Positions 34,152 to 46,475 of a DNA stretch of 64,000 bases are shown here, piece by piece. This DNA comes from Piromyces finnis finn (lineage: Eukaryota; Fungi; Neocallimastigomycota). The notes under the pieces were generated by a model. It did no database searches. It had not been told where the DNA came from and saw only the letters and a list, made by a program, of their open reading frames with translations. The number at the start of each line of letters is the position of its first letter. Within the stretch, counting starts at the first letter, position 1. The position numbers were made by a program, and so were the translations under genes. The stretch covers positions 1 to 64,000 of the forward strand of contig MCFH01000097.1 in assembly GCA_002104945.1 (NCBI GenBank), given 5' to 3'.

Positions 34152-35391
34152 CTACTCCCTGAATGGTAATATATTTTTAAAATGGACATTTCTTTCTAAA
34201 TATTGTCCCGTCAGTTCATCTTGTAATTTAGCTGTGTTCCAAGATATTTCTCTAATAATAAAAGGACCAATAAAATAGGGTTCTAACTTGTTTCTTTGTT
34301 GGTTCCTAATCTTTACCTTATCCCCTATTTTGTAGTTATTTTTATTGTTCATACTTTGTTGAGCTAATCTTCTACTTTTCCAATAATTTATCGTCCCTAG
34401 CATTTTACTGGCAGCTTGTTTTACCCATTTGGCGTGGTCTATAAATCTTTCCATTAATAATTCTTCTATTGATCTTTCTTCTATACTTAATATTGAATTT
34501 CTTATATTTATATCAATTGGAATATTTTCTGATCTTCCATACAAGAGTTCAAAACTTGAATAACCAGTAGAAACAGATTTACAAGTTCGAATAGCCCATA
34601 ATGCAATTGGTAACAATACATCCCAGTTTTCATTGTTATCAGAGAAATTTCTTAATTGCTTACCAATTTCTCTGTTTCTGTTTTCCACCAGTCCATTAGA
34701 TTCCGGATGGTATGTACTAATGAAATGAATGTATACATCATAAAGATCTACAAATATTTTTGTGTACTCTGAAACAAATTGTACACCATTATCTGTTATT
34801 ATTAATTGTGGAGTTCCATGCCTACTAAATACTTCAACTAAGAAATTAGTTACGTCTTGAGAAGTAGTAGTTCTAACTGGTTTTGCTTCCACCCATTTAG
34901 TAAAATAATCCACACATACCATTATATATTTATTCCCAAGTGTGGTTTCTCTTAATGGACCTATAATATCAAGACCAAGTCTAACAAAGGGTGCTTCTAC
35001 AGGAGTTCTAAACTTTTCTGTCGGCTTTGGTAATGGCTCAGATTTATTTAACTGACATATTTTACATAAGGAGACATATTTTTTTACATCAATGATTAAA
35101 TTTTTCCAATAAAATTTGTTTTTGATTCTTTCATAAGTTTTCTGTACTCCTTCATGTCCAATTCTATGCTCTTTTGCAATTATTTTAATTTTAGTGTAAG
35201 GGTCATCAATAATCTCCCTAAAATTATTATTATCCTTGAAATATAATTTATTGTCAATAGTGACAATTTTATCATTTAAAAATTTTTTCATAAAATCGGA
35301 AACAAATTTTTCGTTCTCCTCCTCGGTAAAATTGGAACTATTGGTTTTGTTGGAAATATCGATATTATTGATATTATTATTATTGTTTTTA

Positions 35392-35426
<35 letters not shown>

Positions 35427-38400
35427 TTCCAAATTATCCAAATTATTAGCAATAAACTTATTAATGTTACTATTATTCTCATCTTTATTATTATTGTCAT
35501 TACCATCAGAAATAGTAGTGTTAACAATTAAATTCTCTTTCAAAGTTATTCTGGATAAAGCATCAGCAATTTTATTAGCTTTTCCTGGTTGATAAATAAT
35601 ATTAACTTTTAATTGACTAAATTTATCACACCAGCGTTGATGTTTCTTTGTATTCGGTTCTCCTTTCTTAATGATGGGAACTAAAGGTTCATGATCAGTA
35701 TAAAGAATGGTTTGAAATGGATTCCCTAGAATATATGGTTCAAATTGTAAAAGACAATAATAAGCAGCAGTACCTTCTAATTCAGTAGTGGTATAATTTT
35801 CTTCCGTTTTCTTAATACTTCTACTAACAAAATAAACTGGGTGTTCAATATTGTCATCATATAACTGTAGTAAAACACCACCAATTCCATATCCACAAGC
35901 ATCAGATCTAATTATAAAAGGAACATCAAATTTAGGAAAACAAAGAATTGGTGCATTAACTAGGCAATATATCAGATTTCTGAAACTTTGTTCTTGAATT
36001 TCTGTCCATTCATATTTAATTTTTTTCTTTAATAGTTTGCAAAGAGGAGCTGCAATAGCAGAATAATTTTCAATAAAATTTCTGTAATAACTAGTCATAC
36101 CTAAAAATGAACGTAGTTCAGAAATATCTCGTGGTGGGTTCATTTCTTTAATAGATGCGACTTTCTTTTCCAAAGGAAGTAAACCATCAATAGTAACCCG
36201 ATGACCTAAAGCCTCTATTTCAAGTTGACAAAAAGAACATTTCTCAATATTTAACTTTAATTTGTTATTACGTAAAATAGTAAAAACTTTTCTTAAGTCA
36301 TTAATATGATCTTCAAAACTAGGAGAATAAATAATAATATCATCTAAATATATTTGAACACATTCATTAATTAAATCGAAAAAGATACGATTCATTTCGC
36401 GCTGAAAAGTGGCAGGAGCATTAGTTAATCCAAAAGGCATAACTTTAAAATAATAGTTACCAAATTTAGTGGTAAAAGAAGTTTTATCCATATCTTCTTT
36501 GAACATAGGAATTTGATGATATCCACTAAATAAATCGATTGTTGAAAAGATTTTTGAGTCTTTAAGTGAATCAAGAATTTCTTTGATTTTAGGTAGGGCG
36601 TATGCATCTTTAACAGTTACATTATTTAATTTTCTAAAATCAATGCAAAGGCGCCATTTTCCATTTTTCTTCTTAACCATAACCACTGGAGAAGCCCACG
36701 GAGAATGAGACGGTTCAATTAGACCTTTATTAATTAGTTTTTCTAATTCTTCTTTTAAACCTGATAATTGAACTTGTGAAATATTATAAGCTTTTTGTTT
36801 AATAGGGCGCACATTATCCTCCAAAATAATGTGGTGTGGTAACAAATTTGATGGTTCCAAATCATCAGAAGATACAGCAATAACATCATTAAAATTTTTA
36901 AGAAGAGAACTAAATAAATTTTTATCAACATCGTTATCAACTTTGATATTAGAAATTATATTATTAATAATATCCATTTTATTATTATTATTATTTTCTA
37001 TTTTGTTAGGTCTATTTTCTTCAACTACAGCTAAAATAGTACTAGCGGTTATATCTTCATAATCAAAATAAATATCTTCTACATCATTGGAATAGCAAGA
37101 AAGAGCTTGGGATTGAAATATAGAAATATCTTCAACATCAACAATAGGAATAAATTTATTATCAGAAGATTTCAAAATTAATGTTTTATCAACTGTATCA
37201 ATCATAATGCGATTTTCATTTTGTGTTATAAATCCAATAATAGCATCATAAAATGAATCGTTTTTATCTGATATTCTAAATATAGAATCAAATTCAATTT
37301 TGCCTATTTTTACATGAAGTTTCACTAGATCATATACTCTAGCAACATCATCAACCATTGCTTGTCTTATTCTTCCTCTAATTTGTCCTACAATTTCAAA
37401 ATCTTTAATTTTATTATCTAAAAAGGAGCGCGTAATTAAATTTGTGTTACTACATGCATCAATAAATATAGCTGCTGAATGGGAATTGATTGTACCATGA
37501 ACAACTGCAACATCATGATCGTTTACTTTGGTTCTTCCATCGATATTAATGAAATTATTATTTAATTTATACAAATTATTATTATTTTCATCAACTTCAG
37601 TGGTACTAATAGTAATATTATCCAACTTTAAATTCTTTAATCCCTTAATTAATTCAGCTTTGGACGTTTTACTAACACCTAAAAGTTGTCCAAAAGTAAT
37701 ATTAGCTGGAGTATTTAATAAATCGGTACATATATTATATTCTTCTGAATCTTTTAGCATTTGGATTGAAGTTTTTGTTTTTATACTATTAGAATTATCA
37801 CTAGGTAATATATTTTCCAAAGTGGATTCTTCATTTATACGCGTGTTTTTACGCGTTTTCTTTACCTTATTAGCTTCTTTCATATCTATATCGGTATTTA
37901 AACTGGTAGTCTTATTTTTCTTTGATTTATCTTCATTTTCTAATTTAAAATTTACTTTCTTGGTTTTATTATTCTTATCAATTGAATTATCATTAATATT
38001 ATTATTCAATTTTATATTATTATTTATATCTTTTTCATTATTATTATTATCCGAAGTGTTATCCTTAATATTACTATAATTATTTTTATTATTGATATTG
38101 ATATTATTATTAATATTATTATTATCATTATTATTTAAATTATTATTGTTAAAATTATTACTAGAATTATTAGTATTATTATTGGTATTAAAATTATTAT
38201 TATAGATATCATCAAAATTATTACTAATATTATTGTTAAAATTATTTTCATTTGTAATATTGCTATTCATATTATTAAAATTGTTATTATTTATATTATT
38301 ATTTGAATTAGTTTTATTCATATTATTAATGTTATTATTAGTGTTAATATTAGTATTAATATTTTTAAAATTATTCTTTTCTCTTTCTGTATTAGGAATT

Positions 38401-38510
38401 CTGGAATATGGATTTTTAGCTTTTAATTTTTCATCTCGATGTCTTTTAGCTGCAGCAACAATAGCTTCATAATTAGGTGAATAAGTAGTTGCTGTAACAT
38501 CGGGATTCAT
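34152..38510 (-). CDS. pol: Gypsy Pol (protease-RT-RNaseH-integrase) of element 1
   Basis: WASPVVMVKKK, WRLCIDFR, DLFSGYHQI, MPFGLTNAPATFQR, YLDD, RSDACGYGIGGVL, ADALSR, integrase H-x3-H..C-x2-C, LDIIG, TDNG, NGLVE, GPF. Confidence 0.95.
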
Positions 38511-38549
38511 TGTATTATTATTATTATAGTAATAGTTATTATTAGTGTT

Positions 38550-38597
38550 GGCAGTTTGATTAACGGAAGTTTACCCTCTTCCATAACCTAGTTTTTT
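38550..38597 (-). promoter_or_regulatory. Putative -1 ribosomal frameshift signal (A AAA AAC + pseudoknot), element 1
   Basis: AAAAAAC-TAGGTT-ATGGAAG-AGGGTAAA-CTTCCGT-TAATCAAAC-TGCC; pol ATG is in the -1 frame, with one in-frame TAA at 38573-38571. Confidence 0.7.
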
Positions 38598-39517
38598 GTA
38601 TAATATGTAGAGTTCATGTGTAGGCAAAATCTGGCAATATGACCTGGTTCATGGCAGAAATAACAGGTCTTTATGTGTAAGTTCTGCATTCCGTTAATCA
38701 AATCATTCATTTCATCATTTTGATTATTAATGCTAGTAGTTGATCTTGTATTATTATTAGGATTTGATATATTAGAATATTGTGTACTAGCACCATTATT
38801 CATACTATTATAGCTTTTACTATAATTAACATTATTACCATTATTATTACTATTATTATTAACATTATTATTTACTTTAATATTATGTGGAGAATTGTAA
38901 TTATTGTAATTATTCGAATATCTAGGCCTACTATAAGTATAATTCGAATCATTATAATTGTTATTATTAGTACGACGGTAGTTCATAGACGAAGTACTAG
39001 CTCTAAGATTTGGACCATTATGAATTTCATAATATCTTTCAGCAATCCCCATAGCATCTTCAATTGATTTTGGATCTGCGAATGCAACCTTTTCATAAAC
39101 ATCATCTTGTGCAACTAGAGCGAATTCATAGTCATACACAGAAATCTTGTCTTTGAATTCATCTGGCAGATCATCATAAAGCTTCATAAACTTTTTATCA
39201 AATTCTAATACATTTTCATTAACTTCAATTTTTAACATTTTTAATTTCCTAAATTTGGCAGCTTTATCATTGTTTGAATGATATTTCTTCATAAGTATTA
39301 CTTTACATTCATTAAGAGATAAGTCTCTATTTACTTTTCTCCTATGTTCCAGAATCGCTTTGGTAGCTTCTTCACGCGTACTAGCCAAAATATAACGGTA
39401 GATATCTTCATTAGCTACCTTTTCTATAGCTAACCAATTTTCTAAAAGATCCACCCAGGTATCTACATCTTGGTTAGTTCCTCCAATTGTTGGAAGTGGA
39501 ATTTTAAATTCACCCAT
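38588..39517 (-). CDS. gag: Gag of element 1 with CCHC zinc knuckle
   Basis: CYFCHEPGHIARFC near the C-terminus; lies upstream of pol, which is in the -1 frame. Confidence 0.88.
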   Translation of the reverse strand: MGEFKIPLPTIGGTNQDVDTWVDLLENWLAIEKVANEDIYRYILASTREEATKAILEHRRKVNRDLSLNECKVILMKKYHSNNDKAAKFRKLKMLKIEVNENVLEFDKKFMKLYDDLPDEFKDKISVYDYEFALVAQDDVYEKVAFADPKSIEDAMGIAERYYEIHNGPNLRASTSSMNYRRTNNNNYNDSNYTYSRPRYSNNYNNYNSPHNIKVNNNVNNNSNNNGNNVNYSKSYNSMNNGASTQYSNISNPNNNTRSTTSINNQNDEMNDLINGMQNLHIKTCYFCHEPGHIARFCLHMNSTYYTKN

Positions 39518-40969
39518 TATTGAATTGAAAATAGAATAAATAATTAAATGGTAATATTATATGAAATAAAAAAAAATAAAATAAAAATAAATGTAATTCT
39601 TAATTATAAGATTAAAATAATGTAAATAATACAATATTTTAATTCTCTTTAAATAAAATAAAATAAAATAAAATAATTAAAATAGTTAGAATTAAAATAA
39701 GTAAGAAGATACAATATTTTAATTCACTTAGATAATGATAATTATAAAATAATTAGAATTAAAATAAGTAAGAGAATACAATATTTTAATTCACTTAAAA
39801 TAATATGAAAATTTCTTTAAAATAAAACTCACTATAACTAATATAGTTGGTAGTAAGCTTAATCAGATATTATAAAATAAGTAAAAATATTATAAAATAT
39901 GTAATAATAATTCTTAAATATAAAATTCTTTATATATAATATAATGTTATATAGTAATAACATAAAACTTTTCAAACTATTGAATAAAAATAAAATAAAT
40001 AATCTACCAACTAATAAACATATATGAATAAAAGATTAATCGTTTTTATTCTGGTCCGATTTCCCCAGTTTCTCTTATTCAATTATATAAAAATAATAAA
40101 ATTGTATTAATAATAATATTCTTGTGGATATTAGAATATAACTTGACTAAAGTAAATACTCTAAATTTCACAAAATACAAAGGTAAAATAAAGAAAATAA
40201 AAATAACAATTAATTCAATTCAATAATATCGCGTTTATTTTCCACTTAATAATAAAACACTCAAACTAAATAATTAAATTCACCTATATTATAGATTTAA
40301 TTAACTAATATTAATATCTTTTATTCTACAACCTCACACTTCGCACCAATTTGATATAAGTTTCTTTTATGTTGTAGTAATTTAATATTAGTTTATTTAT
40401 AATTTATTATATTAGGTGAAAAATATTTTATTACTATTAACTTCTCTCTTATTAATAATTTCACTTATAATATTTTCTTATTAATTATTAAAGCTCTTCT
40501 CTTTTTAATTATTAATTATTTTTATATGAATATTTTTATATTATAAAATTCCTATAATATAATTGAATATCAATTATATAATGTAATGTACTCATAATAT
40601 ATGAATAATAATTAAATAGGATATAATATAATATATTTTACATTTTATATGAAATATTACTATATAAGGAAAGATAATGTAATACAAATAAATATTACAA
40701 TAAAATTAATACTAATATATAATATTAATATTTAAGAGTATAATGAAATATGTACATGAATTCTATAACTAATATATAAATAATGTATTATAATATATAT
40801 CAATTATTATATTATTATTATGAAATATTATATATAAATTTTTAAATATGAAATTGAATATTTTAAATAATAAAAATTATTTTAAATATGGCTAATATGT
40901 AGCTAGACATATAAATTTCATATCAAACATGTTAACATATTTTTATACTGAATCACATTATTATATAAG

Positions 40970-41543
40970 TGATATAAGTTTCTTTTATGTTGTAGTAATT
41001 TAATATTAGTTTATTTATAATTATTATATTAGGTGAAAAATATTTTATTACTATTAACTTCTCTCTTATTAATAATTTCACTTATAATATTTTCTTATTA
41101 ATTATTAAAGCTCTTCTCTTTCTAATTATTAATTATTTTTATATGAATATTTTTATATTATAAAATTCCTATAATATAATTGAATATCAATTATATAATG
41201 TAATGTATTCATAATATATGAATAATAATTAAATAGGATATAATATAATATATTTTACATTTTATATGAAATATTACTATATAAGGAAAGATAATGTAAT
41301 ACAAATAAATATTACAATAAAATTAATACTAATATATAATATTAATATTTAAGAGTATAATGAAATATGTACATGAATTCTATAACTAATATATAAATAA
41401 TGTATTATAATATATATCAATTATTATATTATTATTATGAAATATTATATATAAATTTTTAAATATGAAATTGAATATTTTAAATAATAAAAATTATTTT
41501 AAATATTGGCTAATATGTAGCTAGACATATAAATTTCATATCA
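40970..41543. mobile_element. Solo LTR of the element-1 family
   Basis: Same TGATATAAGTTTC..TTCATATCA sequence as the element-1 LTRs, with its own 4-bp TSD TAAG. Confidence 0.92.
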
Positions 41544-42107
41544 TAAGTGATACGGGTTAATTTTATGTAGAAAGAATTAAACTTTAAATAATATATGTTT
41601 TATTAATAATTTTATTTATTACGTTCCAATATTTCTATTCTGTCTAAATACTAAAACGTTCTGTCGTTGTCAAATATTAAAATTTTTAATAATAATTATT
41701 CCCTAGTTTATTTATAATAATGAGGCTTACTTAATAATTAATTGTCCAATTATAAGGCTGGAACTATATGGATTCTACATCTACATTATTCTTTTACAGT
41801 ACATGATATTACATTTGTCATACATTCTCATTACATTCTTGTACATTGTAGAAACAATTAATTTTATAATAAAACTATATAAATTTAATATTAGGAAAAA
41901 TTACTAATATAATAATATGTTCAAGTCACATATTATTTTTATATCATAAAAATCAATAATTTCAATAAAGTTGTACTTCAGTAGAAATTATTGTTAATAA
42001 TAAACCTCCATTAAAATCAATAAATAAGATTTATATTAAAAAACCTTAATTATAAATAACTTCGACCTATTCTTGAATTAATTCTGATATGTCTTTAATA
42101 GAAATAG

Positions 42108-42380
42108 TGTAAAAATATCAAACGTCTCAACTTAATATCTTTAATGTAAATTAAGCCACAAGTATTATTGTTTAAGTTACACAAATTATATTATAAAAAA
42201 AGAAAATGAAACATAATTTATTTATTAATAATTAAAATTTAAAACAAAATAAATTATTAATTTATTTTTAATGTTTAACATGTAAATTAAAATTCTCAAT
42301 TTAAATCCCTAGTTTTAGTATTGTTCTTTCATAGAAATAGATAAATAGTATATAAATAATAAATGATTAATATATAAATG
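42108..42380 (+). mobile_element. Truncated LTR of family A
   Basis: Matches the first ~270 bp of the 43797-44413 LTR (TGTAAAAATATCAAACGTCTCAAC..). Confidence 0.75.
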
Positions 42381-42538
42381 TATACACCCTTGTATATAGT
42401 TTTTTTGGCTTGGGAGGTAATTTCTAGCTTTAGTTTTCATAGTTTATTTTAGTTTTTTCTTTCCTTTACCTACAAGCATTCTGTTTTTAGTTTCCGTATA
42501 CTAGTAATCGTCTGGAATCCGATTATAGAGGGGGACAT

Positions 42539-42965
42539 TGTAACGATATCAAGTATCGTTATAACCATTAGGATAACTCAATGGTACCTGGCTTTGGTTT
42601 AGTATAGATTATGTCACTGGTTCGAATCCTACTATTTATTTTTTATAATTTATGTTTTAATTAAATGAATAGTTAGATAAATTATATTTAAATTAAATGT
42701 ATGAATAATTATAGAATAGATAAATTTTATATTAATGTAAAATCCAATCATGTATTATAGAGTTAGAATTAACGAATATAAATAACCATGTATTATTTTT
42801 ATTTTATGCTCTTTGAGCTATTATTAACATTGAATAATAATAAATAAAATATTATAAAATCCTAAATAATATTGTTTATTTAATTTTGTTTTTTTATTTA
42901 TTTATTTGTTTTATTTATTATTATTTCCTACAACAACCTAGTGGTTCTCACTTGTTCACGTTACA
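42539..42965 (+). mobile_element. 427-bp LTR (family C) with internal Pol III A/B boxes, preceded by a PPT
   Basis: Termini TGTAACG..CGTTACA; PPT AGAGGGGGACA at 42527-42537; A-box-like TAACTCAATGG at 42574, B-box GGTTCGAATCC at 42619, T6 run at 42639. Confidence 0.72.
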
Positions 42966-43458
42966 AATAGTTAAGAATTTAGCATAGGTTTTAAATAATA
43001 ATATATTTTAAATAAATAGTTATAATATAATATAAATGTATTTAGGTGTAAAGAAATGTGTCTTTAACAATAAAACAAATTATAATATTTACTAAATAAC
43101 TTAGTAATATTAACACTTTAAAATATTCTGTAAATTATTAATTTATAAAAATATCATTAAAAACACATAGAATTTAACTTAATAAGTTAGTGTTTAATAA
43201 TATAATTATTTATTAATAAAATCTCGATTTTTTAAAATATTTGGGAAAATTCACTTGTATTTATACTAAAAATTTTTTAAATTAATTTATAAAATTTTTT
43301 CTTAAAATTCTTAACCAATCAATAATCTTCATATAAAATAAAATTTAAAAATAAAATAAATGATTTTTATACTTGTTCATTTGCAAGTTTTTGCTAGTTT
43401 AAAATATATAATTATTTTATTTAATTATAAAGTTTTAATATTTAATAACTCTTGTATT

Positions 43459-44430
43459 TGTAACAAGAAACTAGTGATAACCACTAGGTTGTTGTAGGAA
43501 TTAATAATAAATAAAATAAATAAATAAAAACACAGAATTAAATAAATATTATTATTTGGATTTTATATTATTTTATTTATTATTATTGAATGTTAATAAT
43601 AGCTCAAAGAGCATAAAATAAAAAATAATACATGGTTTTTATATTCAATATATCTATTCTAAATTACATGATTGGTTATTACATAAAAATATAACAATAT
43701 TAATTTTATAAAAAGGAAACAGTCGGATTCGAATCAATGACAAAATCCATACCAGACTATGACCAGTACCATTGAACCATCAAAACCATTATAATATGTA
43801 AAGATATCAAACGCCTCAACTTGATATCTTTAATGTAACTTAAGCCACAAGTATTATTGTTTAAGTTACACAAATTATATTCAGAAAAAGAAAATGAGAC
43901 ATAATTTATTTATTAATAATTAAAGTTTAAAACAAAATAAATTATTAATTTATTTTTAATGTTTAACAAGTAAATTAAAATTCTCAATTTAAATCCCTAG
44001 TTTTAGTATTGTTTTTTTCATAGAAATAGATAAATAATATATAAATAATAAATGATTAATATATCAATAATACATGGGCACATATTCAAATTAAATAGTA
44101 CTTAATTTGAATTGCCAATTGTATTTTACTAAAAATAGTTATAGTTTAAATATTTATTGATAATTAAGATTTTAGTGTAGATTTTAAATAATAATATATA
44201 AGAAATAAATAGTTATAATATAATATAATTGTACTTAGGAAAAATATAAATAGAAGATATTTTTCATCATTTTGATCGATGTAATTGTTATTAATAAATT
44301 TCTATTATAATAAAAGATATTTTTTAATAAAACAATTTTTATTTTTATTTTAAATTTAGTGTTATTGTAATAGAATAGATATCCTAATCTATTCTTTCTG
44401 TGTCGCCATTACATAATAATACTTGATAAA
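43459..44430 (-). mobile_element. Diverged family-C LTR in inverted orientation, interrupted by a family-A solo LTR
   Basis: Reverse complement matches 42560-42965 (e.g. CCTACAACAACCTAGTGG; GCTCTTTGAGCTATTATTAAC). A-box TGGTTCAATGG and B-box GATTCGAATCC are present. The right-hand boundary is approximate. Confidence 0.7.
43797..44413 (+). mobile_element. Solo LTR, family A
   Basis: TGTAAAGATATC..GCCATTACA, 617 bp, 5-bp TSD TAATA on both sides. Confidence 0.88.
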
Positions 44431-44456
44431 TAATTAAATTTATAAATTATGAATTT

Positions 44457-44479
<23 letters not shown>

Positions 44480-44492
<13 letters not shown>

Positions 44493-44563
44493 AAACACAG
44501 ATAGTTAAAAATTAAAATAATTAACATGTATAAAATTATTAAATTAAAAATTATAAATGTAAA

Positions 44564-44594
<31 letters not shown>

Positions 44595-44900
44595 TAAATT
44601 AAATAGTTTATATTTGCTTATAATTATATTTTAAAATAATAATTTTGTATAAATAGTGATAGAATTACTTTATTTTAAAAGATGTTCCTAATAATCCAGA
44701 GCGAAAAATTAGATAATATTTTTAAATATTAAATTCAAAAATGATTTTATAATAAAACTTATTTTTAAAAGGGTTACTAATAATCCCTGAAAATTAGAAT
44801 ATAAAACATACTTTTTTTTTATTTAATAATACTAGAGTTATTAAATAATGATATAATTTTATAATTAAATAAACTTTATATTTTTAAACATTAACTAATA
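44480..44900. repeat. Degenerate LTR-like repeat related to 63540-64000
   Basis: Shared TGTATAAATAGTG.TAGAATTACTTTATTTTAAAA..GTTCCTAATAATCC..AAAATTAGATA block. Confidence 0.55.
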
Positions 44901-45811
44901 CTTGCAAATGAACAAGTATAAAAATCATTTATTTTATTTTATTTTTTTTTATTTTTTTTTTAGATACAAATATTATCACTTTCTATATTCATTTATAGAA
45001 TTAAGATAATATCCTCTTCGTATCAATGTTGATATAATTTAATAATAATCTTAATTTTGAATTTTACTTCAAAAAGTGATTATTATATTATATCTTTTGT
45101 TATAACTATATAAGTTATATTGATTAAGATTTAAAATCGTTTTTATAAAAATTAATAAAATTGTTTTGTTAAAACACTAAATGGTTTTATTAGAAACACT
45201 TGTTTTTCTAATATTTAAATATTTAAAATTTTTATTTATTTAAGTATGAAAGTGATTATTAAAATTATAAAATATTAATCTAACTATATAATATTTCTTT
45301 ATTAATAATAATAATAATGATTAAAATAAGAATATTTACATGTATTTATATTTTCTTTTAAATTTAAACTATTTACATTAAAACAATAAAATTAATAACT
45401 ATTTACAATAAAAATAATAAAAGTAATTAGAAATAACAATAAAAGAAATAATTAAAAGTTAAAGAATATAAAAAGTTGTTTATTTTACAATTAATTAAAG
45501 TAATAATTATTTTTAATGTTTTAATAAAGGTGTTTAATTATATTATTTTATAACATGAATTATTATATTTGTTTACTTTTAAAGTGTAATTTACTAACGA
45601 AGTTATTAAATATTTAATTTAACAATTAATTTAACAAAAGTTATATATTTTGATCTCGATTAATTAAAGTTTATTATTTTCTTTCAATAATCAAAATATA
45701 TGCAGTGTTTAGGATTAATTTTATTTAAGAATTTTGGTAAAGTACTTAATTAAACTATAACTTGTTTTAAGTTACTTTTATGGTTAACTTAAAAATCAGG
45801 TTTAATAATAA

Positions 45812-46427
45812 TGTAATGCTGACACAGAAAGAATAGATTAGGATATCTATTCTATTACAATAACACAAAATTTAAAATAAAATAAAAAATTGTTTTATTA
45901 AAAATATCTTTTATTATAATAGAAATTTTATTAATAACAATTACATTGATAAAATGATGAAAAATATTTTCTATTTATATTTTTCCTAAATACATTTATA
46001 TTATATTATAACTATTTATTTAAAATATATTATTATTTAAAACCTACACTAAAATCTTAATTATTAATAAAATATTTAAACTATAACTATTTTAGTAAAA
46101 TTAAATAGGCAATTCAAATCAAATACTATTTAATTTGAATATGTGCCCATGTATTATTTATATATTAATCATTTATTATTTATATACTATTCATCTTTTT
46201 CTATCAAAAAACAATACTAAAACTAAGAAATTAAATTGAGAAATTTAATTTATTTGTAAAACATTAAAAATAAATTAATAATTTATTTTGTTTCAAACTT
46301 TAATTATTAATAAATAAATTATGTCTCATTTTCTTTTTCTGTAATATAAATTGTGTAACTTAAACAATAATACTTGTGGCTTAAGTTACATTAAAGATAT
46401 CAAGCTGAGGCGTTTGATATCTTTACA
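45812..46427 (-). mobile_element. Solo LTR, family A, inserted in the 3' LTR of element 3
   Basis: Reverse complement of 43797-44413; TSD AATAA; the empty site is visible in the sister LTR at ~60945-60960. Confidence 0.92.
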
Positions 46428-46475
46428 AATAATTTTATATTTATTAATTTCATTATTTATCAATTTCTCGGCCTT

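Larger units (their letters stand above)
33237..40925 (-). mobile_element. Full-length Ty3/Gypsy LTR retrotransposon (element 1, non-chromovirus)
   Basis: ~575-bp LTRs at 33237-33811 and 40352-40925 (TG..CA, about 8 differences seen), 4-bp TSD AACA, PBS at 40329-40348, PPT at about 33812-33826, gag and pol ORFs between the LTRs. Confidence 0.93.
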
